Positions 36,724 through 48,092 of a stretch of 64,000 nt of DNA are shown piece by piece. Positions within the stretch are counted from its first letter, which is position 1; every line of letters starts with the position of its first letter. The stretch spans positions 9,451 to 73,450 of the forward strand of contig JAZRPA010000026.1 in the NCBI GenBank assembly GCA_045648965.1, read 5' to 3'. The notes below the pieces were generated by a model. The model made no database searches. It saw nothing but the letters and a program-made list of their open reading frames with translations, and was not told the DNA's origin. The DNA is from Alistipes sp. Lineage in GTDB: Bacteria > Bacteroidota > Bacteroidia > Bacteroidales > Rikenellaceae. The translations under genes were made by a program, and so were the position numbers.

Positions 36724-37659
36724 ATGGCAAAAATAGTATTTTTAGACGAGTATTCATTAGGCGATATGGACTTAACTCCAATCAAGGAGTTGGGCGAATA
36801 TGTGGGCTATGACCGCACAACCAAGGAGCAGGTATTGGAGCGCTGCAAGGGCGCTGAGGTGGTTATTGCAAATAAGACGCTACTGAAGGCTGATACTTTG
36901 CGTGCACTACCCGACCTTCGCTTTATTGCAATCGCCGCTACTGGAATGAACAATGTCGACTTGGATGTTGCAGCCGAGTTGGGTATCGGCGTCAAGAATG
37001 TTGCCGGCTACTCGACATCGTCTGTGGCGGAGGCGACAATGAACTTTGCGTTGGCGCTCTTCAAGAATACCGCCTACTTCGACAACTACTTCAAGGGTGG
37101 AGCCTACGCAGCAACCGAAGATATCTTCCACTTTGGTCGCCCTGTGCGACAGTTGCGTGGCTCGAAATGGGGCATCATTGGCTTGGGTGCTATCGGTCGC
37201 GAGGTGGCTCGCCTGGCTTCTGCATTTGGCTGCGAGGTGGCTTACACTTCGACCTCGGGCGCAGTTCGCAAGGAGGATTATCCGCAGATGGAGCTCAACG
37301 AGCTGCTCGGCTGGGCTGATGTAGTGTCGATTCACTGCCCGCTTACCCCTACTACCAAGGGGCTGATTGGCGAGAAGGAGTTGAAGTTGATGAAACCAAC
37401 CTCGATTATCATAAATGTTGCCCGTGGTGGCATCATCGACGAGGCGGCACTCGCAAAGGCGTTGGACGAGAAGGTTATTGCAGGTGCAGGTTTGGACGTA
37501 TTCTCGCGCGAGCCGTTGCACTCGTCACCACTCTACGATATCGAGGATAAATACACGCTCGTTGGTTCGCCACACACCGCCTGGGCTGCCGATGTAGCAC
37601 GTAATGTGCTGATTCATCGAATTGCCGAAAACATCAAAGAACACTTCGATAAGAATTAA
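36724..37659 (+). CDS. D-2-hydroxyacid dehydrogenase (glycerate dehydrogenase-like)
   Basis: ATGMNNVD, GLGAIG, SIHCPLT, INVARGG, LDVF, SPHTAW. Start moved to MAKIVFLD. Confidence 0.9.
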   Translation: MAKIVFLDEYSLGDMDLTPIKELGEYVGYDRTTKEQVLERCKGAEVVIANKTLLKADTLRALPDLRFIAIAATGMNNVDLDVAAELGIGVKNVAGYSTSSVAEATMNFALALFKNTAYFDNYFKGGAYAATEDIFHFGRPVRQLRGSKWGIIGLGAIGREVARLASAFGCEVAYTSTSGAVRKEDYPQMELNELLGWADVVSIHCPLTPTTKGLIGEKELKLMKPTSIIINVARGGIIDEAALAKALDEKVIAGAGLDVFSREPLHSSPLYDIEDKYTLVGSPHTAWAADVARNVLIHRIAENIKEHFDKN

Positions 37660-37665
37660 AAAAAA

Positions 37666-37700
37666 CAGAGATGCCGAGCGAATTACTCGGCATCTCTGTT
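37666..37700. terminator. Bidirectional terminator (AGAGATGCCGAG family)
   Basis: AGAGATGCCGAG / CTCGGCATCTCT; near-identical copy at 39997-40030. Confidence 0.8.
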
Positions 37701-37716
37701 TATAGCCTTGTTATAA

Positions 37717-39939
37717 TTACCACTTAGGGTAGATTATCGGCGAGCAGATTCTAATCTCGCTATTGCCTACCGATGTGCCCTCGGCAACAATGCGAGCTGC
37801 CTTGATTGGTCGAGGATTTACAAGTCTCGCACAACCATTTTCCAACTCGGCTACACGCTCGAAATTCACACCATCCTCGCTCACTTCGAGATAACCAGGA
37901 TTTACAATTCGGGCTACTACTCCATAACCGCCCGCCCAGAACTCTATCTCACGGCACTCAACAGGCTCCTCAAACTCGAAGAGAATCCAATCGCCCTTAT
38001 GACAAGTGCGAGTTGTTCGCATATAGTTATAGGTATATAACATTACATTCGAGAACGGATATTCAGGGTTCTCAGGCATTGAAGAGGTCATCTTCACCTT
38101 CGGCTTGATAGTTTCGTAACGCGAAGCGTGAGCAAACTCAGGAGACTTAATGTTGCGATACTCTGCCCAGAAGATATATTGGCCTGGTTTGTCGGTCTGA
38201 ATTGGTTCCTTATAGCGATGCACCTTATCCGAGCCATACTTGCGATAGTAGATTGTGCTGTTGTCAATCTTCTCAACCGAAAGCAAGCCATTCTCATACT
38301 TCACCTCCGAAGGTGTTATGCGGAAATTCAAGCCCATATCCGCCATACGGTCATAGTGGCAGGTATAAAGACGCTTGTGAAGATGCTGCCAATCGTTACC
38401 ACCATTCTTACCCCAGCCCTGTTCTGCCAATGCACACAAACGAGGGAATGTCTGGTACTCGATGAAGTCTGTCGATACATCGCCACCGTGCGAAAGCGCT
38501 ATCTCGCTCCAGAATGGAGCCTCGAAGCCCTCAACAAGAGCAGCCTCCTCAGGGGTAAAGCCTGTTTCTGCAAAATCGAAAGAGTATGTCTTGCGGAAAT
38601 CGAACGCACCTCGACGAATAGGGCGACCCTCTTCGAGCTGGCTCTGGCGCATATCCAAGTAGAAGTACTCCTGCGGCATAAAGATGGTGCGATAGCCCTT
38701 CATCATAACCTCCTTGCATACCTCTGCACTCTTCCAGCCATATACCAAAGCCTCCTTCGACAGACCACCACCGTAGGCAGCCTCGTTCCAAACGCCCGGC
38801 ACCTTGCCATACTTAGCGAGAATTGCCTGGATACGGCCGATAAACATATCCTCCAACTTGTAGCCGTCGGTATAGCCATTCTTTTTGAGCCAAGCCGAGC
38901 AATCAGGGCACTGCTCCCACTGCGAGAGTTTCACCTCATCGCCACCAATATGGAAGTGCTTCGATGGGAACAAAGCGCACACCTCAGCCAAAATCTCTTC
39001 GAGAATAACATAGTTGTTCTCCTTGGTTGCGCAAACAGCATTACGACTGTCGTAGTTACCCTGATTTGCAAACTCTTTATTAACAAAGTTGCAAAGCATC
39101 TGCGGATAGATATGAAGCAGAGCCTCGCTGTGGCCAGGGAGATCAATTTCGGGGATAATCTCAATATTGCGAACCGCAGCGTATGCCACCACCTCACGAA
39201 TCTCCTCTTGCGTGTAATAACCTCCGTACTTCTCCTCCCACTTGCCGAGCGATGCACGCAAAGGCGAATCACCACCTCGGTATCCTGCAACCTTTGCCAA
39301 GTCGGGGTGCGACTTGATCTCTATGCGCCAACCTTGATTATCAGTCAAATGCCAATGCAACTTGTTGATTTTGTGGTAAGCGATATAGTCGATATAGCGC
39401 AACACATTATCCTTGGTCATAAATGTACGCGCCACATCGAGCATAAAGCCACGATATGCGAACTTCGGTTTGTCGGCAACCTCACAACCGAGCACCTCGA
39501 CAGGCAACGACATCTCCTTTGTATAGACTGCGCTCGGCATGAGCTGGAAGAGGGTCTGCACGCCATTGAACGCGCCACCATAGCCGCCCGCAACAATCTG
39601 CACCGACTCGTTCGACACCGAGAGTTTGTACTCCTCCTCGGCAAGCGTTTTATCGAGCGAGAGCGAGATGTAGTTATTCTCAGGAGCTACCTCAACCGCG
39701 TCATCTACATCCAGATATTCGAGCACGTAATTGACGATTGGTTTAAGCTCCTGCGCATCGCAAACAATCTTAGTTGTCGGACGCACCACGAAGTTGGAGT
39801 TGTTTTCACTTACCGAGAGTGGCTGCGGAATAATCGCCACCTCCGAAATAGTGGTTGGGGCAGATGATTTTGTCAACATCACCGCTGCAGAGACGGCAAG
39901 CACCACAAGCACTACCACCGTCAAAAGAGTTTTTTTCAT
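37717..39939 (-). CDS. GH20 beta-N-acetylhexosaminidase, paralog 1
   Basis: RGFMLDVAR, HWHLTDNQGWR, PEIDLPGH, catalytic HIGGDE, WNE. Confidence 0.93.
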   Translation of the reverse strand: MKKTLLTVVVLVVLAVSAAVMLTKSSAPTTISEVAIIPQPLSVSENNSNFVVRPTTKIVCDAQELKPIVNYVLEYLDVDDAVEVAPENNYISLSLDKTLAEEEYKLSVSNESVQIVAGGYGGAFNGVQTLFQLMPSAVYTKEMSLPVEVLGCEVADKPKFAYRGFMLDVARTFMTKDNVLRYIDYIAYHKINKLHWHLTDNQGWRIEIKSHPDLAKVAGYRGGDSPLRASLGKWEEKYGGYYTQEEIREVVAYAAVRNIEIIPEIDLPGHSEALLHIYPQMLCNFVNKEFANQGNYDSRNAVCATKENNYVILEEILAEVCALFPSKHFHIGGDEVKLSQWEQCPDCSAWLKKNGYTDGYKLEDMFIGRIQAILAKYGKVPGVWNEAAYGGGLSKEALVYGWKSAEVCKEVMMKGYRTIFMPQEYFYLDMRQSQLEEGRPIRRGAFDFRKTYSFDFAETGFTPEEAALVEGFEAPFWSEIALSHGGDVSTDFIEYQTFPRLCALAEQGWGKNGGNDWQHLHKRLYTCHYDRMADMGLNFRITPSEVKYENGLLSVEKIDNSTIYYRKYGSDKVHRYKEPIQTDKPGQYIFWAEYRNIKSPEFAHASRYETIKPKVKMTSSMPENPEYPFSNVMLYTYNYMRTTRTCHKGDWILFEFEEPVECREIEFWAGGYGVVARIVNPGYLEVSEDGVNFERVAELENGCARLVNPRPIKAARIVAEGTSVGNSEIRICSPIIYPKW

Positions 39940-39996
39940 AATTTATGGTTTGTTAGGTTTCTACAAAGATAACACAATAAATGCAAAATACAAAAT

Positions 39997-40030
39997 TAGA
40001 GATGCCGAGCAAATTACTCGGCATCTCTTT
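39997..40030 (-). terminator. Terminator of GH20 paralog 2
   Basis: AGAGATGCCGAG-CAAATTA-CTCGGCATCTCT. Confidence 0.8.
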
Positions 40031-40054
40031 AACAACGGCGTCAAAACCGAATTT

Positions 40055-42277
40055 CTACCACTTAGGATAGATCTTCGGTGCTCCAACAGCAATCGTCGAT
40101 TGGCCAACAGCCGTATCAGTAGCCACTATTCGAGCTGCTTTGATAGGGCCTGGATTATAGAGCTTCGCAACGCCATACTCCAAGTCCGCCACGCGCTTGA
40201 AGGTCTTACCGTCCTCGCTAATTTCGAGGTAACCCTTCTGGATAAGGCGACTAGCAACGTGGTAGCCACCGGTAAAAAACTCTATCTGACGACACTCGAC
40301 AGGCTTCTCGAACTCGTAGAGGATCCAATCACCCTTATGGCAAGTGCGGGTTGTGCGAATGTTGTGGTAGTAATCGGCAATACGAGCATATCCGCGCTTC
40401 GGGTCCTCAGGCATAGACGAAGTGAGAGTAACCTTCGGCTTAATGGTCTTGTAGCGCGATGAGTGAGCCACCTCAGGCGACTTCAAGCCGCGATACTCGC
40501 TCCAGAAGACATACATACCAGGTTTATCGGTAGAGATTGCACCATTATATTTTTTCACCTTATCCGAACCATCTACGCTATAGTAGATTGTTCCGTTGTC
40601 AATCTTCTCGATAGAGAGCTTACCCTCCTCGTACTTCACTGCTGGAGGTGTGATACGGAAATTAAGACCCATATCGGCCATACGGTCGTAGTGGCATGTA
40701 TAGAGTCGCTTGTGGAACTCCTCCCACTCGCCACCACCATTCTTACCCCAGCCCAACTCAGCGAGGGCGCAGAGACGAGGGAATGTCTGATACTCGATGA
40801 AGTCAATCGACTTGTCGCCACCCTGCGAGAGGAACACCTCGCTCCAATATGGAGCCTCGAAGCCCTCGACGCAAGCCACCTCCTCAGGTGTGAAGCCCTC
40901 CTTCGCGAAGTCGAACGAGTAGACCTTGCGAACGTCGAACTGACCACCCCAGATTGCACCAGGCTCCTGCTTGCTCTGAGCCATATCGAAGTAGAAGAAC
41001 TGCTGCGGCATGAAGATTGTCGGATAGCCCTTCTCCATCACCTGCTTGCACACCTTCGGACTCTTCCAGCCGTGTACGCGAGCCGTCTTATCCAAGCCAC
41101 CGCCAAAGGCTGCCTCGTTCCATACAGCAGGGGTTTTGCCATACTTGGCAAGGATTGCCTGAATACGCGAAATAAACATATCCTCCAACTTGTAGCCATC
41201 GGTATAGCCATTCTTCTTAAGCCAAGCCGAGCAGTCTGGACACTTCTTCCACTGCGCCATGCGCACCTCGTCGCCACCGATATGGAAGAACGACGATGGG
41301 AAGAGCGCACACACCTCCGAGAGAATCTCCTCGAGGAGCTTGTAGTTGCTCTCCTTGGTTGCGCAGATAACGTCGCGGTTATCGTAGTTGCCATTTACGT
41401 CGAGTTCATCGTTTGTGTAGTTGCAGAGCATCTCGGGGTGCACACGCAAGAGCGCCTCGCTATGGCCTGGAAGGTCGATTTCGGGGATTACCTCGATATT
41501 GCGCACTGCAGCGTAGGCCACAACCTCACGAATTTCGTCCTGGGTGTAGTAGCCGCCGTACTTCTCGTCCCACTTGCCCAATGCAGCTCGTAGCTTCGAG
41601 TCGCCACCGCGGAAACCGCCAATCTCGGTAAGCTCGGGGTGCGACTTAATCTCCACGCGCCAGCCCTGATTATCTACGAGGTGCCAATGCAACTTGTTAA
41701 TCTTGTGGTAAGCGATATAGTCGATATAGCGCAACACATTATCCTTGGTCATAAATGTACGCGCCACATCGAGCATAAAGCCGCGATACGCGAACTTCGG
41801 TTTATCGGCAACCTCGCAACCAAGCACCTCGACAGGCAACGACATCTGCTTTGTATAGACTGCGCTTGGCATAAGCTGGAAGAGGGTCTGCACGCCATTG
41901 AACGCGCCACCATAGCCGCCCGCAACAATCTGCACCGACTCGTTCGACACCGAGAGTTTGTACTCCTCCTCGGCAAGCGATTTATCGAGTGCGAGCGAAA
42001 TGTAGTTGCTCTTTGGGGCTACCTCAACCGAGCCACCCACTTTCAGGTATTCGAGCGCGTAGCTGACGATAGGTTTGAGCTCCTTCGCATCACAAACAAT
42101 CTGCGTAGTCGAATTCACAACGAAGTTGCTGTTGTTTTTAGTTACCGAGAGTGGCTGCGGAACTATCGCCACCTCCGAGATAGAGGTTGTTGTCGATGAG
42201 GAGGAGGCAATCGCCACCGCCGAGGCAGAGACTGCGAGCACCACAAGTACCGCCACTGCTAAAAGAGTTTTTTTCAT
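40055..42277 (-). CDS. GH20 beta-N-acetylhexosaminidase, paralog 2
   Basis: Same motifs (HIGGDE); same length (740 aa) as paralog 1; own TATCTTTG promoter at 42303-42310. Confidence 0.93.
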   Translation of the reverse strand: MKKTLLAVAVLVVLAVSASAVAIASSSSTTTSISEVAIVPQPLSVTKNNSNFVVNSTTQIVCDAKELKPIVSYALEYLKVGGSVEVAPKSNYISLALDKSLAEEEYKLSVSNESVQIVAGGYGGAFNGVQTLFQLMPSAVYTKQMSLPVEVLGCEVADKPKFAYRGFMLDVARTFMTKDNVLRYIDYIAYHKINKLHWHLVDNQGWRVEIKSHPELTEIGGFRGGDSKLRAALGKWDEKYGGYYTQDEIREVVAYAAVRNIEVIPEIDLPGHSEALLRVHPEMLCNYTNDELDVNGNYDNRDVICATKESNYKLLEEILSEVCALFPSSFFHIGGDEVRMAQWKKCPDCSAWLKKNGYTDGYKLEDMFISRIQAILAKYGKTPAVWNEAAFGGGLDKTARVHGWKSPKVCKQVMEKGYPTIFMPQQFFYFDMAQSKQEPGAIWGGQFDVRKVYSFDFAKEGFTPEEVACVEGFEAPYWSEVFLSQGGDKSIDFIEYQTFPRLCALAELGWGKNGGGEWEEFHKRLYTCHYDRMADMGLNFRITPPAVKYEEGKLSIEKIDNGTIYYSVDGSDKVKKYNGAISTDKPGMYVFWSEYRGLKSPEVAHSSRYKTIKPKVTLTSSMPEDPKRGYARIADYYHNIRTTRTCHKGDWILYEFEKPVECRQIEFFTGGYHVASRLIQKGYLEISEDGKTFKRVADLEYGVAKLYNPGPIKAARIVATDTAVGQSTIAVGAPKIYPKW

Positions 42278-42317
42278 AATTTATTGGTTTGTTAGGTTTC
42301 TGCAAAGATAGCATAAG

Positions 42318-42350
42318 AAATTAAAAATTAAAAATGTAGAATTAAAAATT
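42318..42350. repeat. Heptamer array (AATTAAA-type)
   Basis: aaattaaaaattaaaaatgtagaattaaaaatt. Confidence 0.7.
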
Positions 42351-42560
42351 GGAATTTAAGCAGATGAGAGCAAGGCCAAAAATCAGAGATGATTGAGGGA
42401 ATTTTGTGCCAAACAAAAAGCGAGTCCGCAGCTCCCATTTATCAAAAATTGGAATTTAAGCAGATGAGAGCAAGGCAAACGAAAAAGCCGAGTGCGCAGC
42501 ATACTAAAGCGTATGTGAGCAACTCGGCTATCGAAGTTTAACGCAGCTATCGCTGCTTAA
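42344..42560. repeat. ERIC-like intergenic repeat, family E2 copy 2, with an internal 33-bp direct repeat
   Basis: AAAAATTGGAATTTAAGCAGATGAGAGCAAGGC at 42344 and 42444; palindromic core at 42485-42529. Confidence 0.75.
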
Positions 42561-42569
42561 AAACAATTT

Positions 42570-43727
42570 TTACAACTCGTCGGAGTAGACTGCTGATGGC
42601 AAATCGTGCTGATTATAACGCGACGCCATCGACATTCCGTAAGCTCCGGCAGTTTTGAGAGTGAGAAGATCGCCTCGCTTGGTGAGAGGGAGGGAGACGT
42701 TCTCATCAAAAATATCGGTGCTCTCGCAGGCGGTACCAACGATTGTATATTTGAGTCGCTGGTCGCTCTCAGAGGTGATATTCTCGATATTGTGGTAAGA
42801 GCCATAAAGCGCAGGACGGATAAGCTCAGTCATACTTGCATCGACGATAACAAGACGACGACCTGTTGCGGTGGTCTTATTGAAGAGCACTTTGGTGATA
42901 AGCTCGCCGCACTCGGCAACGATAGCTCGACCAAACTCGAAGTGCACCTCGCGGTTACCCACCTGAAGGTGCTGCTTGATAATCGCAAACACCGAAGCAA
43001 AGTTCGGAATTGGCTCATTCTCAGGCATATCGTAGTTTACGCCAAGACCTCCGCCAACGTCCACAAACTCCAACTCAAAGCCGAGCTCGGTGAGGTTCTT
43101 CACGATAGCATTCACCTTGTTGCACATATTCTCGAAGACGTGCAACTCGCGAATCTGCGAACCGATATGGATATGCATACCCATAACGTCGAGGTTCTTC
43201 AACGCCTTGATATCCTCCACGCTTGCCAAAATCTCCTCGTAGGAGATACCGAACTTAGAGTCCGCCTGACCGGTATCGATACAGTGGTTAGTCTTAGGGT
43301 CGATATCGGGGTTCACGCGCAAGCCTACGCTTACGACCTTGCCCATCTCGCCTGCAATCTCGTTCACAACGTGCAACTCCTCGATAGACTCGCAGTTGAT
43401 TGCGAAGATACCCTGCTCGATAGCGTAGCGAATCTCCTTGTCGCGCTTACCAACGCCCGCATAGACAATGGTCTTTGGGTCAAAGCCCGCCTCGATGGCG
43501 CACTTCACCTCGTTGCCGCTGGCGCAGTCGATGCCCAAGCCGTGCTCGCGGATAATCTGCAAGAGGCGCGGGTCGTAGTTCGCCTTAATAGCGTAGTGCA
43601 CCTTGTAGTTATAGCGCGAGGCCATGGTCATCAGGCTCTCCAAAGTTTGGTGCAAAAGCTCTACATCGTAGAGGTAGAATGGGGTTTCGTGGGTTGCCAA
43701 CTTAGCGGCAACTTGTCTGCTCAGCAT
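42570..43727 (-). CDS. lysA: Diaminopimelate decarboxylase
   Basis: TPFYLYD, YAIKAN, DCASGNE, SKFG, HIHIGSQ, DVGGGLG, CESTD, GAYGMSMAS. Confidence 0.95.
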   Translation of the reverse strand: MLSRQVAAKLATHETPFYLYDVELLHQTLESLMTMASRYNYKVHYAIKANYDPRLLQIIREHGLGIDCASGNEVKCAIEAGFDPKTIVYAGVGKRDKEIRYAIEQGIFAINCESIEELHVVNEIAGEMGKVVSVGLRVNPDIDPKTNHCIDTGQADSKFGISYEEILASVEDIKALKNLDVMGMHIHIGSQIRELHVFENMCNKVNAIVKNLTELGFELEFVDVGGGLGVNYDMPENEPIPNFASVFAIIKQHLQVGNREVHFEFGRAIVAECGELITKVLFNKTTATGRRLVIVDASMTELIRPALYGSYHNIENITSESDQRLKYTIVGTACESTDIFDENVSLPLTKRGDLLTLKTAGAYGMSMASRYNQHDLPSAVYSDEL

Positions 43728-43754
43728 ACTCTTTACCTATATGTATAATATATG

Positions 43755-45281
43755 TTACTTCAAAGTAACGAGCGAGTGGCCCTCCATCTCGGCTGGCTGT
43801 GGCACGCCCATAAGTGACAATACGGTTGGTGCAACGTCTGCCAAGATACCATTCTCAACCTTTGCTACACGATCCGAAACAACAACTACCGGAACCGGAT
43901 TCAACGAGTGAGCAGTATTTGGAGTGCCGTCCTCGTTGATAGCGTTGTCAGCGTTACCGTGGTCAGCGATGATAACAACCTCGTAGCCGTTAGCCTTAGC
44001 CGAAGTTACAACCTTCGCTACGCACTCGTCAACAGCCTTAACAGCCTTCTCGATAGCCTCGTAGATACCTGTATGGCCCACCATATCGCCATTTGCGAAG
44101 TTCAAGCAGATGAAGTCGTACTTCTGCTCGTCGAGTGCACCAACCAACTTGTCAGCAACCTCGTATGCGCTCATCTCTGGCTGCAAGTCGTAGGTAGCAA
44201 CCTTTGGCGAAGCAACCAAGATACGATCCTCGTTCTCGAACTTCTCCTCACGGCCGCCGTTGAGGAAGAAGGTAACGTGAGCGTACTTCTCGGTCTCGGC
44301 AATACGCAACTGCTTCAAACCGAGCGACGAAACGTACTCACCCAAGGTGTTCTGAACGTTCTCCTTGTCGAAGAGAATGTGCAAGCCCTCGAACGATGCG
44401 TCGTATGGAGTCATACAGCAATAGTAGAGAGGCATTGTGTGCATACCCTCCTCAGGCATATCCTGCTGAGTCAAAGCTACGGTAATCTCGCGAGCGCGGT
44501 CGTTACGGTAGTTGAAGAAAATAACCATATCGTTTGGCTTGATAGTGCCGATTGCGTTACCCTCGCCGTCAACAGCCACGATAGGCTTGATGAACTCGTC
44601 GGTTACGCCCTCAGCGTACGAAGCCTCAACTGCGCCCACCATATCGGTAGCCTTCTCGCCAACACCGTCAACCAAGCAATCGTAAGCGATCTTCACACGC
44701 TCCCAACGCTTGTCGCGGTCCATTGCGTAGTAACGGCCGATGATCGAAGCAATCTTACCTGTTGACTTAGCCATGTGAGCCTCCAAGGCCTCAACGAAGC
44801 CCTTACCGCTCTTAGGGTCGGTGTCGCGACCGTCCATGAAGCAGTGTACGAAGGTGTTCTCGATGCCGTAGTGCTTCGAGATGTCGCACAACTTGAACAA
44901 GTGATCAATCGACGAGTGAACACCGCCGTCCGACAACAAGCCCATAAAGTGAACATTTACGCCATTCTGCTTTGCGTACTCAAATGCTGCTACAACCTCC
45001 TTATTCTCCAAGATAGAGCCAGTCTTGCAAGCACGGTTAATCTTTACGAGGTCCTGATATACAACACGACCTGCGCCGATATTGAGGTGACCTACCTCCG
45101 AGTTACCCATCTGACCATCAGGCAAACCTACGTTCTCGCCGTCGGTACGCAACTCTGCGTGTGGATTTGCAGCAGTCAATGCGTTGATAAACTCAGGATT
45201 TGTCGAATAGATTGCATCGGACTTAGTGTGGTTACCAATTCCCCAACCGTCCAAAATCATCAATAATACTTTGTTAGCCAT
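43755..45281 (-). CDS. gpmI: 2,3-bisphosphoglycerate-independent phosphoglycerate mutase
   Basis: [40 protein letters not shown]. Confidence 0.98.
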   Translation of the reverse strand: MANKVLLMILDGWGIGNHTKSDAIYSTNPEFINALTAANPHAELRTDGENVGLPDGQMGNSEVGHLNIGAGRVVYQDLVKINRACKTGSILENKEVVAAFEYAKQNGVNVHFMGLLSDGGVHSSIDHLFKLCDISKHYGIENTFVHCFMDGRDTDPKSGKGFVEALEAHMAKSTGKIASIIGRYYAMDRDKRWERVKIAYDCLVDGVGEKATDMVGAVEASYAEGVTDEFIKPIVAVDGEGNAIGTIKPNDMVIFFNYRNDRAREITVALTQQDMPEEGMHTMPLYYCCMTPYDASFEGLHILFDKENVQNTLGEYVSSLGLKQLRIAETEKYAHVTFFLNGGREEKFENEDRILVASPKVATYDLQPEMSAYEVADKLVGALDEQKYDFICLNFANGDMVGHTGIYEAIEKAVKAVDECVAKVVTSAKANGYEVVIIADHGNADNAINEDGTPNTAHSLNPVPVVVVSDRVAKVENGILADVAPTVLSLMGVPQPAEMEGHSLVTLK

Positions 45282-45291
45282 ATCTGTGTAA

Positions 45292-45322
45292 ATTTTAATT
45301 TTGCATTTTTAATTTTTAATTT
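45292..45322. repeat. Heptamer array between alaS and gpmI
   Basis: aattttaattttgcatttttaatttttaattt. Confidence 0.6.
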
Positions 45323-47933
45323 AGTTGAGCGTAGCGAGAATCAACGCCTTTGCCTTCTCGATAGCCTCGGTCAAGCCATCAGGGTTCTTACCACCGGCTG
45401 TAGCGAAGAACTTCTGACCGCCACCACCGCCCTGGATAGCCTTAGCAGCCTCGCGAACGATAGCTCCCGCATCTATGCCCTTAGCAATAACATCGTCGCC
45501 GAGCATAATTGTCAAGGTAGCCTTGCCTGCAGCTGCCGAGCCGATAACCAAAACGAGGTTCGACTTACGAGCGCGCAAATTGTAAGCCAAGTTCTTAACG
45601 AAGTCTGTCGAGTGGTTCATCTGACGAGCCACGACGAAGTAGCCATTCTCCTCCGATGTATTCTCAACAATCTTCTCGGTGATAGCATTGAGCTGCTCCT
45701 TCTGCATAGCCTCAACCTCCTTCGACAACGACTCGTTGTTCTCAACCAAGCGCTTAATTGCAGGAATGAGCTGTGAATTGCCGAGCATTTCGCCAAGCTG
45801 TGCAAGCAAATCCTGAGCTGCGTAGATTGTAGTCTCTGCCTTCGAGCCTGTTACCGCCTCGATACGACGAACACCAGCCGAGATAGCCGACTCCGATACA
45901 ATCTTGAACATACCGATATTACCGGTAGCCGAAGTGTGGGTACCACCGCACAACTCAACCGACTCGCCGAAGCGTACCATACGTACCTTGTCGCCATACT
46001 TCTCGCCGAAGAGCATCATTGCGCCTGCAGCCTGAGCCTCCTCCTGAGTAGCCTCACGGTTCTCATCGAGTGGCGAGTTCAAACGAATCTTCTCGTTAAC
46101 CTCGCGCTCTACGGCACGAATCTCCGCGTCGGTCATCTTCTGGAAGTGCGAGAAGTCGAAACGGAGCGAGTCAGGCGATACCATCGAACCCTTCTGCTCT
46201 ACGTGCGAGCCCAACACCTTACGCAATGCAGCGTGAAGAAGGTGGGTTGCTGTATGGTTGTTTGCCGAGCACTGGCGCTTTGCTGGATTTACCACTGCGT
46301 GGAACTCCGCCTCCAAATTCTCAGGCAACTGATTTGCGATGTGGATAATAAGTCCGTTCTCCTTCTCGGTAGCAACGATCTCAATCTTCTCGTTAGCCGA
46401 CTCGATGTAGCCGGTATCGCCTACCTGACCACCCGAATTACCATAGAACGGAGTCTTGTCGAATACCATCTGGTACGAAACCTTGTTCTTGGTCTGTACC
46501 TTACGAACACGTGCAATGTGAACGTCAGCCTCGAGGTTATCGTAGCCGATAAACTCCTCGCTCTTAGCCTCCGGAATAATCTCCTTCCAGTCGTCGATAT
46601 CCTGAGCTGCAGCGTTGCGTGAACGCTCCTTCTGGGCCTGCAACTCCTTCTCGAACTCTACTAAGTCAACCTCAACACCCTGCTCCTTTGCGATGAGCTC
46701 GGTCAAGTCGATTGGGAATCCGTATGTATCGTAGAGCAAAAATGCGTTCTTACCCGAAATCTTACCATTGCACTCCTTGATAACACCCTCCAAGAGGTTG
46801 ATACCTGTAGCCAAGGTGCGGAGGAACGATGCCTCCTCCTCCTCGATAACGCGCTCAACGAGCGACTGCTGTGCCTTCAACTCCGGATACTGCTCGCCCA
46901 TCTGTGCAACCAAGGTTGGCACCAAGCGGCAGATAAACGGCTCATTGAAGCCGAGGTAGGTGTAGCCGTAACGTACTGCACGACGCAAGATACGACGAAT
47001 AACATAACCAGCCTTTACGTTCGATGGCAACTGACCGTCAGCAATCGAGAATGCGATAGCACGAAGGTGGTCAGCAATAACACGCATTGCTACGTCGATT
47101 GCCTCCTCCTTGCCGTAAGCCTTGCCCGACATCTCAGACAAAACCTTGATAGTAGACTGGAATACGTCGGTATCGTAGTTCGACTTCACGCCCTGCATAA
47201 TCATACACAAGCGCTCGAAGCCCATACCTGTATCGACGTGCTTTGCAGGCAACGACTCCAACGAGCCATTAGCCTTGCGGTTGAACTGCATAAACACAAG
47301 GTTCCAAATCTCGATAACCTGTGGGTGACCCATATTCACCATCTCACGACCCGGCTTCTCGGCAATCTCAGCCTCGTCACGAAGGTCGAAGTGAATCTCG
47401 CTACAAGGACCACAAGGACCTGTCTCGCCCATCTCCCAGAAGTTGTCGTGCTTGTTACCACGAATGATGTGATCCTCAGGAAGACGCTCCTTCCAGATAT
47501 CGTAAGCCTCCTGGTCAAACGGTACACCGTCCTCCTCCGAGCCCTCGAATACGGTTGCGTACATACGCTCCTTTGGCAACTTGTAGACCTCGGTCAAGAG
47601 CTCCCAAGCCCAAGCGATAGCCTCCTTCTTGAAGTAGTCGCCGAAAGACCAGTTACCGAGCATCTCGAACATTGTGTGGTGGTAAGTATCGTGACCAACC
47701 TCCTCCAAGTCGTTGTGCTTACCCGAAACGCGCAGACACTTCTGCGAATCGGCAGCACGAGGCGCCTTACGCTCGGCGTTGCCGAGGAAAATATCCTTAA
47801 ACTGGTTCATACCCGCATTTGTAAACATCAAAGTTGGGTCATTTTTCACTACCATAGGTGCCGAAGGCACAATCATGTGTTGCTTCTCTGCAAAGAAGTC
47901 GAGAAAAGCTTGGCGTATTTGCTTAGAATCCAT
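45321..47933 (-). CDS. alaS: Alanine--tRNA ligase
   Basis: [59 protein letters not shown]. Confidence 0.99.
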   Translation of the reverse strand: MDSKQIRQAFLDFFAEKQHMIVPSAPMVVKNDPTLMFTNAGMNQFKDIFLGNAERKAPRAADSQKCLRVSGKHNDLEEVGHDTYHHTMFEMLGNWSFGDYFKKEAIAWAWELLTEVYKLPKERMYATVFEGSEEDGVPFDQEAYDIWKERLPEDHIIRGNKHDNFWEMGETGPCGPCSEIHFDLRDEAEIAEKPGREMVNMGHPQVIEIWNLVFMQFNRKANGSLESLPAKHVDTGMGFERLCMIMQGVKSNYDTDVFQSTIKVLSEMSGKAYGKEEAIDVAMRVIADHLRAIAFSIADGQLPSNVKAGYVIRRILRRAVRYGYTYLGFNEPFICRLVPTLVAQMGEQYPELKAQQSLVERVIEEEEASFLRTLATGINLLEGVIKECNGKISGKNAFLLYDTYGFPIDLTELIAKEQGVEVDLVEFEKELQAQKERSRNAAAQDIDDWKEIIPEAKSEEFIGYDNLEADVHIARVRKVQTKNKVSYQMVFDKTPFYGNSGGQVGDTGYIESANEKIEIVATEKENGLIIHIANQLPENLEAEFHAVVNPAKRQCSANNHTATHLLHAALRKVLGSHVEQKGSMVSPDSLRFDFSHFQKMTDAEIRAVEREVNEKIRLNSPLDENREATQEEAQAAGAMMLFGEKYGDKVRMVRFGESVELCGGTHTSATGNIGMFKIVSESAISAGVRRIEAVTGSKAETTIYAAQDLLAQLGEMLGNSQLIPAIKRLVENNESLSKEVEAMQKEQLNAITEKIVENTSEENGYFVVARQMNHSTDFVKNLAYNLRARKSNLVLVIGSAAAGKATLTIMLGDDVIAKGIDAGAIVREAAKAIQGGGGGQKFFATAGGKNPDGLTEAIEKAKALILATLN

Positions 47934-48014
47934 TGTGTGTATAATGTTTTTAATTTCAATGCGTTATACTATTGACTCGCGACCACTACACGTGTATACG
48001 CGCGAAATCGGTTG

Positions 48015-48042
48015 CAAAAATACAAAATTATAACTAATTTTG
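48015..48042. promoter_or_regulatory. Back-to-back promoters for alaS and the HAD gene
   Basis: TATTTTTG on - (48015-48022) and TAATTTTG on + (48035-48042). Confidence 0.6.
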
Positions 48043-48092
48043 CACCTATAAAGGGAAGTTTTTTCATATCGAAAAAGATATTAACGAAATAG

